From positions 5,733,748-5,797,747 of the forward strand of contig NC_069005.1 in the NCBI RefSeq assembly GCF_001194135.2: DNA of 64,000 nt, given 5' to 3'. The notes below the pieces were generated by a model that was not told the origin of the DNA, ran no database searches, and saw nothing but the letters and a program-made list of their open reading frames with translations. Of this stretch, positions 52,782-64,000 are shown piece after piece. Source of the stretch: Octopus bimaculoides. Taxonomy: Eukaryota. How positions within the stretch are numbered: position 1 is the stretch's first letter; each line of letters begins with the position of its first letter. A program made the position numbers and the translations under genes.

Positions 52782-55006
52782 TATATATACATGTATACAT
52801 ACATACATATATATATATATATATCTTTCAAGAGAAATAGCATGCAGGAGTGGGCATAAGCCCTTTAGCGTTGAAACCAGCCATATCTGGCCCAAATATT
52901 CTTCCTGTTTGATGTCCAAACCAGCCAGATCTTGTCTCTCACACCTACCTCACAATGTCATTCTAAAAATAAACAATCACATCATTGAAATCCCGAAGCT
53001 ACAAGATAATGCAGGATTAACTAAGAAAAGAATGAACAAGCATCTGCATGCTAAAGGAATAAATAAAAGGTATATGTGAGGGTCTGTGTATATCTTTCTG
53101 TTTATTTGTCTATCTAGATACATATATACATACATACACATACACAGATTCTTGAATTTCTGAGATGGTTTATTGCTAAATTAATTGAAAATTCCTGAGC
53201 TAATTAACCTCATCATTTGGGTGTAAGAAAAACGTTAGTGGTGAAGTTTCTTTCCAAATAGATTTCAATCATTTCATTTTCTCTTATTGTCTTTTGATAC
53301 CCTGTTGCTGCATACAAACCTATCTTCAGGCTGTGTCTGAGCTCAAATTCTTTATTTGTAACACAAAGCTTCACTACTTTTAACTATTATACTGCTATGG
53401 TCTCGTGTGGAACTTAATGGTTAAACAAGAGTTCTTTTGGATTCAGGCTCAGCCAGATGGGATCTGTGTGTAGGAACTAAGTACCTTTAAAACTATCAGA
53501 AAATGAATCTTTTCAGGTGTAGTGAAGAGCAAAGAAACAACCAAATTGGGGTTAATGATCTCAAAATATGTTTAAGGGTTAGCGTGATTTTTTTTCTTTT
53601 TTTTTTTTGAAGACTACACTGTTCAATTTACAAATGATGTATGAAGTATGACAATCAGAGTAAATGGCATTCTTTGTAGTTTCAAGTTCAGGGACGGTAA
53701 ATGTTTTTAGCCTGATATGTCAGTATTTTAATTAATTTAATTATCCTGTTATTAGAGGGCTATGTGTTTTAGTTTCAAGTAAATGCTTACAGATAAGCTT
53801 TTCATAACATGATATTGTAGGGGAATTTTTTTTTTCCCTCCCAAATCCATTGCCTGTCATCATAGGTTCATCATCACTCTGTTCTAGTTTAAATCTGTAC
53901 ACTTGGGACAATTATGCAGCAGCTATGCTAATAAAATGTTATACATACCACCAACTCTCACCTTCCATTTTACAGCTAATAGTGGTAATTTTTGCTTTTG
54001 GCTCCAGGTCAGTCATGAAACAGCAGACCAGTGTCCAAAGTTGCTTCCATCAGTGGCTACTTCATCTTTTTTGTATGCTCACAATTGCATCAGCTAATGT
54101 GTCCTTCCTTTTAACTAAAGTTACAATGTGTGATTTGAGAGAGATTTGGCTATTTTTTTTGTTTTGACTGAGTGTATTCAGGATCCTTCGTTAGCTTGTT
54201 CATTTGCTCATCACAGCTAATGGTTTCAGCCAGTGATAAATCCACCCACAACTTCAACATTACAAAATCTTTTTCACTTTACCCCAACCACTCCCTCTGA
54301 TTCCGATGTCAATTACTCTTTTCCTGGCAAGCTTCCACCCTTATAACGAAATGTCCATGAACAAAACCACCAAACATCATTTAACCCTTTTGATACAAAC
54401 TTACACGAGACCACACCCGGTTCTCTGATACGCATTTCCTGTTTAAAGAGATCTTGAAAATTCCCCCCCATCAAAGTTTGATGTTGATTATTATCCAAAC
54501 ACCAGTTTAATAATGACAAAGTCATTTTGCTAAATTCGTCATTATTTTCAAAATTAATTGAAACAAACATGGTGTATTTCAACAGAAACATGGTAACAAA
54601 CAGGTTAAGGACATTATTCTATGAAAAAAAATTTAAAAAAAGAAACGTGTCTGTTTTAAGACATTTACTGGACTTATTAAACATCTGTTTACACATCAGT
54701 TGCTTATTAATAATCTCTGTTTATCTGGGTTGACCAGAGATTAGTCTTCAATACGTCTTCCTTGAACTGAGCACAGATGTTGCTGACCTGTTTAAGAGGT
54801 TGGCTTCTCAACCATGGGGTTCTGTGTTTGACCCCATTGCATGTTATCTTGGGCGACTGACTTCTACCATCATTTTGGATTGACCAGTAACTCGAGAGTA
54901 GAATTTAGTTGATACAAGCTATGTGAGAGCCTATGTATGTATAAAGGATTAAAAGTCCTTCCCAAGCCATAGGCTTGTATGGCCAGTTACCTGGATTCTG
55001 TGGTGT

Positions 55007-55040
<34 letters not shown>

Positions 55041-56819
55041 NNNNNNNNNNNNNNNNNNNNNNNNNNNNNNNNNNNNNNNNNNNNNNNNNNNNNNNNNNNN
55101 NNNNNNNNNNNNNNNNNNNNNNNNNNNNNNNNNNNNNNNNNNNNNNNNNNNNNNNNNNNNNNNNNNNNNNNNNNNNNNNNNNNNNNNNNNNNNNNNNNNN
55201 NNNNNNNNNNNNNNNNNNNNNNNNNNNNNNNNNNNNNNNNNNNNNNNNNNNNNNNNNNNNNNNNNNNNNNNNNNNNNNNNNNNNNNNNNNNNNNNNNNNN
55301 NNNNNNNNNNNNNNNNNNNNNNNNNNNNNNNNNNNNNNNNNNNNNNNNNNNNNNNNNNNNNNNNNNNNNNNNNNNNNNNNNNNNNNNNNNNNNNNNNNNN
55401 NNNNNNNNNNNNNNNNNNNNNNNNNNNNNNNNNNNNNNNNNNNNNNNNNNNNNNNNNNNNNNNNNNNNNNNNNNNNNNNNNNNNNNNNNNNNNNNNNNNN
55501 NNNNNNNNNNNNNNNNNNNNNNNNNNNNNNNNNATATATATATATATATATATATACATACATATATATATACATACACACACACATATACACAAGTAGA
55601 TTATAATCTTTTGATGATATTAGCTAAAGGTATAAATACTGGTGAGAAGAACAAGCAAATGTTTATTTTAGGCCTGAGGTCTATTGAGTGAGAGGTACCC
55701 TGTTGTCAGTCCCATCTTCATAAATGCTGTGAGCCAGTGATTGGCTCGTTTGAAAATCTGTAACCAATGACAACACATGATGCTAATGTTCACAAATTGT
55801 GATGTAAAATAACATTTAAAAAGTGAAAATATACACAAACAACCCCCACCAAAACGACTGAAGCTTGTTTTCAATTATTTATAATAATTCACGTAATTAA
55901 ATGAAAGATAATTGCTAAAATGACTGTCTTTCTCCTGGCACAATTCTGGAAGTAAACGGAAGGTTGCTCTAGTCTTTTTGCACCTTATTTATTGGTATTA
56001 CTTAATTAGAAAAACCAGTAAATTAGCTGAGTCAATAACATGACATATAAAATAATTTATGTTCTAAGTTCAAATCTCGCCATGATCGACTCAGCCTTTC
56101 CATTTTCCAGGGTCAGTAGAATGAGTACCAGTTAAAAGAGACTGCTTCAATCAACTCCTAACATTGCTGCACCTCCCCAAAAGAGTTTCTGGGATTGAAC
56201 CAATGTTAGATAACAAAGATAATACTTGCTCAAGCTAATGAGGGAGACTGTGTAAGTGAGTGTTTGAATTTGCTAATACGAACAGCTAAATCTTGCTGAA
56301 AACACATCCTAACCCTATCGTAAAGGAAGGATATAGCTATCAGATGATGTAGTCCTAGATAGGGAGTGTCACTGATGGATAATGAAACCAGGAATCTCCT
56401 TCGTTAGAAAATCAAAAATAATACTTCAAACTAATGAGAGAGCCGCCTTCAAATCTCACCTTACCATCTTAAATAAGAAAGGACACAATTAGTTTAATGT
56501 AGTCCAAGATAACCATGGCTGGGAAACCTCTTATCACAGGTCTGCTCAATCAGAGCTGACCTGGTGCTAAACAACAATAGCAAATAATGTCTTTACTTAC
56601 CCAATCAGCTATTGATTTTTGATCTAGTCTAAAGAAGAAGGAAAAAAAAAAATACTTTATTGTTATTCAGAATTTTTTCTGAAAAAAAAAATATTTATAT
56701 TTTAAAAAAACTAATCAAAATAAAATTGAATTTTTAGAAATGTTTTAATGTATTATTATTTATTTTATTTATGTTTGTATATATGTGATTATCTTTCATT
56801 CTTTTGCTGGTTTTAATCT

Positions 56820-57300
56820 TTAACCCTTTCGTTATCAGAGCCGGCTGAAACCGGCTCTGGCTCTGTCGTACAAATGTCTTGTTTCCATAAGTTTTGAATT
56901 AAAATCTTCCACCAAACCTTAGTCACAACTTATGTGCTTTACACTAGCTGAATGATAACTAAGTTATTTTATTAAATTCTTTGTTATATTTAAAGTAATT
57001 GAAAGAAACACAGATCATCTCAACAGAAATATGGTAACAAAAGGGTTAAAATATATAATAGAGAAACAATTCTTAACCCTTTCGTTACCAACCCGGCTGA
57101 AACCGGCTCTGGCTCTGAGTACAAATGTCTTGTTTTCATAAGTTTTGAATTAAAATCTTCCACCAAACCTTAGTCACAATTTATGTTCCTAACACTAGCT
57201 TAATGATAACTAAGTTATTTTACTAAATTCTTTGTTATATTTAAATTAATTGAAAGAAACACAGAGCATCTCAAAATAAATACAGTAATGAAAGGGTTAA
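56820..57300 (+). mobile_element. Tandem pair of piggyBac-type family A MITEs
   Basis: TTAA-CCCTTTCG...AAAGGG-TTAA twice (56820-57049 and 57073-57300). Confidence 0.85.
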
Positions 57301-58241
57301 ACTTTGAAATCGTTAATCAGTCTTAACTCCCCACCCCCAGGCTGTTACTTATATTAGAAATTATAGGCACAGTCAGGTGGTTTCGGGTTCAGTTCCACTG
57401 TATGGCACCTTATGCATGTCTTCTACTACAACCCCCGGCTGACCAAAACCGTGCAAGTGAACTTCATAGACAGAAACCTCGTCATTTGTGTGTGTATATT
57501 TCTTTGTCTTAATGTCATGGAATCAATGGTAAACCTATGGAGTCATTTCTGAAAAATATTTCCATTTTATTTTAGTGTCTGACTCTAAGGCAGAAATAGC
57601 CTTTTCTTTTGCAGGACCACCCCTCAAGAGAAATTTACATTTGTCAAAGTGAAAGAACTACCAAAACAATTTTTTTAAATGTAAGAAAAAAAAAAAATCA
57701 ATGGACACACCCAAGAAAAACAAATGTTAGAAAATGAAAAAAAAAATTCTTGACATTTCAATGAAAAAAATGTAGTTGAAAATTATGTTTGATAACAACA
57801 ACAACAACAGCAATAACAATTCACAAACTTCCTCAAATGAAAATAGTTCAAACAGTAACAAAACAATCATTTGTAAACAATCTTTTGAACAAACCTCAAT
57901 GTGGAAAATTTTTCTGAAAGAACAAAAGCCTAGGATATTTTCTTCATAAGACCAGTTTCAGCCTATCACAATTTAACTCTTTCACAAATTTCCTGTCAGT
58001 TACGACTTCAGAGATACACACAGACACACACACTCACGCACACAGTGGGAATCGAAACCGCGAGTCCGCTGCCCTAACCACTGGGCCATTATACCTCCAC
58101 CCATTCATCTCTAGCTAAGCCGTAAAATGAAAATATGATTTTAAAAAAATTGTATCACTATTGGGCTTCCATATAAAAACCAAGGGAACTAATTGCAGGA
58201 GTAACGTTTGCAGAGTATATTTTTTCTTCTGTTTCTCAACA

Positions 58242-58424
58242 ATGTCGACTTTCACGTTTTCCGCGATTTATTTCATCTCGCTGGTTTTTGCCATAGAAGC
58301 TAATAAATATCTTAAAGATAAACAGAAGATAAACGTCGACGCAAACAATCTCATGTATAATGCAGCAATCGGACGTCACTTTCGAATGATTAAAGTCCAA
58401 GAGATTTGGAATAAAGCCGAAAAG
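58242..58424 (+). CDS. LRPAP1: Alpha-2-macroglobulin receptor-associated protein (RAP), first coding exon
   Basis: 61 codons: signal-peptide-like MSTFTFSAIYFISLVFAIEA, then NKY...HFRMIKVQEIWNKAEK|gt, matching RAP FRMEKLNQLWEKAQR followed by a phase-0 donor. Later exons not found in the window. Confidence 0.78.
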
Positions 58425-60233
58425 GTAAAAAAAAGTCAATTACCATCTTCCTAACTTTGCAGAGTAAATGTGTGTCCGTGTGTCCTTATCTTTACATAAC
58501 ATAATTATTGATGCTTTCTTTTTTCGTTTTTTGTTTTCTTTTATTAAATGAAAGTCTTCTGTTATTGTTTAGAAATCGTTAATTATTTGTTTATGTCGTA
58601 AAGGGAAGCAAGGCCCAACACATGGTCTTTGCGTCGTGAAACGGAATTAGTTATTCTTACCACAGAACACGCTTGGTCTGAAATATCTACCAGATTGGAT
58701 TCGGCGGCTAAAGGTACATAAGAAAGAACTATAGGTGATAGCATCAAATCTGGTGATAAACCTATTATTTATTATTATTTGAGTCTCTCTCTCTGCGCGA
58801 CTACGCCCTCTTCAGATTACGAGGTGTATCTAAAGGAACACACCCCCATAGTAGAAAATATATGGTTTCTGAAATTGATTATTATTGTTATTATTTTCAC
58901 ATTTTCATTGTTGTTGTTTGTTGTCGTTTCTCATCACTGATCGAGCAAACCCATGGTTAAAGGTATTCCCACCGTGACTATCCAATCTGTTTACTTACCA
59001 CACATCTACAAATGAAAATAATAAATATGTCTTGGAATACCCACACAAGTGCACATACTCGACCATGTTTCCTCATAACTCGGAAAAAAAAAAACGGATG
59101 TTTTGAAATGAAACCTAGTGTAGGCATATCTATATCTTTATAGTATGTAACTCAACTGTTGTTCGTAGCATCTTGAGATATCAGATAACGGTTCCTTCTG
59201 GGGGGGGGGGGGTTATAGTACAATGTCTCTGTTATTGTGTAGAGGTATACTTCGTCTTCGTGAAAAACAAGAACCTAATATATTTATCATTAATGTTTGA
59301 AATTGTTAAACATTATAAATAAGAGAAACTGCTATTATTAGTGTTATTTTATTGTTAGAGGGTCAAAAATAAATACTTTGCGTAATTTCTTCCGGCTCTT
59401 TATGTTCTCAGTTTAAAGCCCCGTCGAGGTCTGTTTTGCTTTCCATTCCTCCAAGGTCGATAAAACAATTTATCGGTCTAGTACCGGGGTCGGTGATATC
59501 ACTTGACCCCCTCCCCTCAAAACTGCTGGCCGTTTGCCTCCGTCGGAGTCAACTTTGCCTTTCATCGTTTGGAGGAGATCGATACAATAAGATAGCCAAA
59601 TATTGATTTCGAATTGTGGCACAAGGCCAGCAATTTAGGGGAAGGGGATGGGTCGATTACATCTCGATCTCAGTGTTCAATTTGTACTTATTTTATGGGC
59701 CCCGAAAGGATAAAAGACAAGTCGACCCCGGTGGCATTTGAGAAAATAGCCAAATATTAAAGATCGATTTAATATCCTTTGAGAGTATCCTGGTTGTCTG
59801 AAGGATTATGATATTAAACGAAGACACTTTCCTCCTCTCTCTTTCAAGCCTATGTTTTTGTTGTTATTTAATCACAGGTTAGCTATGAATAAGCAATCTT
59901 ATTATCGATGACAATACAGCCATGCCGTCCCGTTTTACCTCTGTGTAGAGGGAAGTACATGAGCCGTGTCCTTTCTTTTTTTTTTTAACACGGCAGAATA
60001 TGATTTGAGAGAGATTCGGCTGCCATTTATAGAACGTCAAGTGAACATGTAAAACCTCCCTCGTTGGTTCATATCTTTGTATTGTTGTTTAACACCAAGC
60101 CAATCCTGATCGAGTAGATTTATGATCAAAGACACTCCATCCGTGACTATTCTCTTTCTCTCTCTTGATATATATCGTTTGTAGAAAACATAAATCCGGA
60201 GAAGAAGCGCACTCTAAGATGTAGAATGGTACA

Positions 60234-60460
60234 TATTAAAAAAAGGGGAGGGCCGGCTTATGGGATTATCTTATGATCCCCGTCCATAAAGGGTTTAGCT
60301 TTATGGCGGATGGTCAGATCCCAAAATCTGTTGGCCCAAGACCTCTTAAAAAGATTTCCTCCTCCATATTTTTAAGAGGTCTTGGGCCAACAAAAGCTAA
60401 ACCCTTTATGGACGGGAATCTTAAGATAATCCCATAAACCGGCCTTCCCCATTTTTAATA
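60234..60460. repeat. Foldback inverted repeat (MITE-like) in LRPAP1 intron 1
   Basis: 58-bp outer arms with 4 mismatches and 24-bp perfect inner arms. Confidence 0.85.
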
Positions 60461-61369
60461 TATATATACAGGGAAGCCGGGATCCCATATAACACGTTTG
60501 TTTGTTTTAAAAGGGTAAGATATGATGAGAGGGACATTTCACTGCTATTTCTAGCTAATTGAACACCCCGCATAGGCCATCTGCTATTAGTTAAGTATAT
60601 TTTTAATGTTGGCATGGTTGTCCACGTGTGTGTGTGCGTGCTTTATTGTTTGGACATCATAATGCTTATGGTAGACTTTGTTATTGTTACGATTGATGTG
60701 TTCTTTTCTTCTTCTTCCTCTTCCCTGTTGGCATCAAAGAGTGAAATGATTCTAATAATAGACTTATTGATGTTAATCATGGCGTTAACTATATGCATAG
60801 AGAATCCCCATCACTACCAAAAAAAAAAAAAAAAAAAAAAGNNNNNNNNNNAAAAAAAAAGAAAGCCTATTGTTTTTTACGGGGAAACAATAGTGGACTT
60901 TGACGAAGTGAGTCAGCTTTAACAAATACTAAGCAAAAAAAAAAAAATGAGATTGAGGAGCGAAGGGAGAAACCGCAATAAATTATTTCGCTACGAGATG
61001 CGTATTATTGCTATTTAATGGGGTGGGGGTCAACTATCACCCTCTCATCTCTAAAAGTCGTGCCTTTGTTCCAATGTAAAAAAAAAACATAATGTTGAAC
61101 AAAATCCATGGTAATATTGGTTCCAATTAAGCTTTAGTCTGAATTCGAATTTCGTCATAGGGGTTTCCATGAATCTTCAAAAGGGTAATCAGAGGAAACC
61201 TGGTCCATGTGTGTTGTGCTGGATGCTCCACCGACTGGGTGGTGCATTTGGTTGTAATCTTCAAGCAGAGTTTGTACCCCATTCCACATTTGCCCAGAGG
61301 CAGGTGTCACAATATATAGAAAGTTGAATTGCAAGGGTTGTGGTCAGGAACATTGGTAAGGGCATAACA

Positions 61370-61680
61370 GGTGCAGGTTTGGCTGTGTGGTAAGAAGCTT
61401 GCTTCTCAACCACATGGCTCCAGGTTCCATCCCACTGCGTGATACCTTGGGCAAGTGTCTTCTACTATAGCCCTGGGCTGACCAAAGCCTTGACAACCAG
61501 TGCTGATGTGTTCATGTTCCTGTAACTTAATGGTTCGGCACCAGAAACTGATAGAATAAGTACCAGGCTTTAAAAAAAAATTAAGTACAGGGGTTGATAC
61601 ATCTGACCAAAAAATTCTTCAAAGCAGTACCCCAGCATGGCTGCAGTCTAATGACTGAAAGAAGTATAGGATAAAAGATA
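61370..61680 (+). mobile_element. tRNA-derived SINE family 1 with internal deletion
   Basis: Head and tail match family 1; the central microsatellite part is absent. Confidence 0.8.
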
Positions 61681-62779
61681 ACTCTTGGTTTGTCATAAGC
61701 TTTTGTATTATGGTCAGAGCAGGTTTTGGGTGCAAAAGTGATCGGTACTAATGCATAGTCTTCATCACCCAGAAGACCTGGTGTTGTAATCTTATGGGGA
61801 CAGAGTGGAAGGCTGCCAGACTGGTTCCACGGCAGAAATCCCAGTTACGATACATACAGGAGACGGAGACATTTGAGGGACTTTCTTCTCAGAGAAGTAA
61901 AGAGGAAAGTGACAACAATAAAGGCAAACAACAACAGCAGGTACCATCTGTCGAAACATAAGGAGGTGCTAGAACGGAAGAAATCGTCTCATTCTCTGTG
62001 TTGTAATTATTGAAGAGATGATGAAAAGGTTGGTTATGACTTTAAGTGTCCTGGGTATGACTCAAGGCTGCATCTGGTAGTTGAGCCCTGGTTTGGGAAT
62101 TTCAGGGTGTTGAGGAATGTGGGACCACTTCCTTGCCACTGTTGTTCCCAGGTCTACTCTGACCAGGAGCAGTAGCACCTGACAGGTTCCCAGTTATGGG
62201 GTAATTACCATTTTATGGAAGAAACTTCAAACAAAAAAAAAACCTCACTGTTCTGTGAGTGCCTTGGAAAAGGAAAAAGCCTGGAGAGTTAATCTGGACA
62301 GTATATCAAAGAGGAGAATTGCCTAAGTGGTCTAGTGCTCTCTTTGCCATCCTTCTAGCAACTCCAGGTTGGTGGAGGTTTCCAGCTCTGTAAAGAAGTT
62401 CACTAAGGAGAAGGCTGGTCTCCACAGCCATCTTAGCCCAATGAGCCACTGTGATCAGATCTCCAAGTCTAAAGAATGAAACTGGTTTGTGCAGAGTGAC
62501 TCTTACTTTAAAACCACCAGATGCAAGCAGGAAGCAAAGTCCTGCAGCAATGGAGAAGTGGCAAAATCAACAGGTACTGCATGGTGCTGACAATTACAGC
62601 CCCAACTCCACATGTAGATGGACTCTTTCTTCCTCATAATCTTTGGACATGAAGAACTGCCATCTTCATCATGAAGAGGCTGAATACAAGATATCGAAGA
62701 GTCTCTGCTTACAGCATGGAGCAAACCAAAAACAGTGACCAACTGCGTTATTCCATCTTGCCCTGTCAAAAGCATCATT

Positions 62780-63125
62780 CGAGCGTGGTTGTTACCTGTG
62801 CTGCCTGACTGGCTCCCGTGCCGGTGGCATGTAAAAAGCACCTACAACACTCTCGGAGTGGTTGGCGTTAGGAAGGGCATCCAGCTGTAGAAACCTTGCC
62901 AGATCAGATTAGAGCCTGGTGCAGCCTCCTGGTTTGTCAGTCCTTAGTCAAACTGTCCAACCCATGCCAGCATGAAAAGTGGACGTTAAAAGTGACCGAT
63001 AGAATAAGTATCAGATTTAAAAGGGGGAAAAGAAGTACTGGGATCGAATCTTTCGACTACAAATTCTTGAAGGCGGTACCCCAGCATGGCCGCAGACTGT
63101 TGGCCGAAACAAGTAAAAGATAAAA
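62780..63125 (+). mobile_element. RTE-tail-like repeat fused to a SINE family 1 3' end
   Basis: ...ggacgttaaaag is joined directly to tgaccgatagaataagta...ccccagcatggccgcag. Confidence 0.65.
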
Positions 63126-64000
63126 GAATATGTATATGTACACAAACACACAGACACACACACATACATAACATTGTTTAACCCTAGGTAAATTCTGATC
63201 AAGCAAACCTGTGATAAAAGTCATCCAAACTATTTCAATCCCGTCTTAAGTTTTATTCCATTTTTTTAGACATAATAATATATCTCACCTTATATTACGT
63301 AACATGTCTGTCTTTTCCCCACCTATTTTTAATTTGGAAAACGAGAAGGTATTATTTCAATGAATATCGGAATTAAGCGGGTTTTTTTTAGCAGTTTGGT
63401 ACAACAACGTGCAGTATCTATCGTTGTTACTCGTATAATTAATAGTTACTCGTGAATGGGGGCGGTGTCAGACATGATGAGACGAAGCCATGTGTTTTAT
63501 TATCTAGGACGTAATTAAGAAACTGAGAAGAGTGGTTTTGTTGTTATTAGCCCTAGGTAGGTAATCTATGAATAAACAAACCTACCACGATCATAAACAT
63601 TCTAGCTGCGATCTCCCGTCTATTTTATTTTTATTTTCTCTGATTTTCAAATACATTTGCATCCAGGTTTATACTATCAAGTATATCCATTTTTTTTTTT
63701 TTGAGGAATCAAGGTAGTGATTTAAGGTAAATTTAACTGCCATTTCTAACAGTGTTCAGCAGGCATGAGTAACCTTTTCCGAGAAGCGGGTCGGAGGAGA
63801 CGTGTCTCATCAAGAGGCGGGCCGCTGTATTAAAATTATTGAATGTAATTTTTTGTTTTAAGGCTTGCCATTCAAAAAATCCCGTGGGCTGAAATTTGTC
63901 AAGTCATTGGAAATGGCCATTGTTTGGTATTATCTAAGACACGTAAGGCGGGCGAGCTGGCAGAATCGTTATTACGCCGATCATAGTGTTGTGTAGCGGC

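Noticed and set aside
33500-55700. Long ORFs rich in YI/HT/CV repeats or X runs
   Set aside because: They are translations of (TA)n/(CA)n microsatellites and N gaps.
56820-57300. Repeat-spacer-repeat pattern suggesting CRISPR
   Set aside because: Units are ~225-bp MITEs with TIRs and TTAA sites; eukaryotic context and no cas genes.
58161-58241. N-terminal extension of the LRPAP1 ORF in the ORF track
   Set aside because: It begins at TTG; the ATG at 58242 directly precedes the signal peptide.

Overview
Animal (eukaryotic) genomic DNA, AT-rich, with ten N-gaps and dense (TA)n/(CA)n/(GATA)n microsatellites. The SINE and MITE families look like those of octopus/cephalopod assemblies (inference from repeat style, not verified). 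Three spliced genes are partly visible. (1) UBE2D/Ubc4-5 on the minus strand: exon 1 MALKRIQK at 31189-31166 and exon 2 at 6679-6616; the remaining exons were not found and probably lie left of the window. (2) A CDGSH/NEET gene (CISD2-like) on the plus strand: exons 49289-49518 and 51110-51205; the first coding exon was not found and may sit in the 46.2-46.7 kb gap. (3) LRPAP1/RAP exon 1 on the plus strand, 58242-58424. The rest is tRNA-derived SINEs, RTE-type LINE fragments, piggyBac-, mariner- and hAT-type MITEs, and a decayed 5S rRNA copy. No CRISPR array, prokaryotic system or intact transposase is supported, and I found no convincing new biological system. The best leads are the head-to-head UBE2D-CISD pair that mirrors human UBE2D3-CISD2, a TSD-flanked inverted tRNA-head retroelement with a hammerhead-like core, candidate alternative first exons for UBE2D and CISD, and several long foldbacks that could be ADAR substrates. 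Repeat boundaries were read by eye and are approximate.
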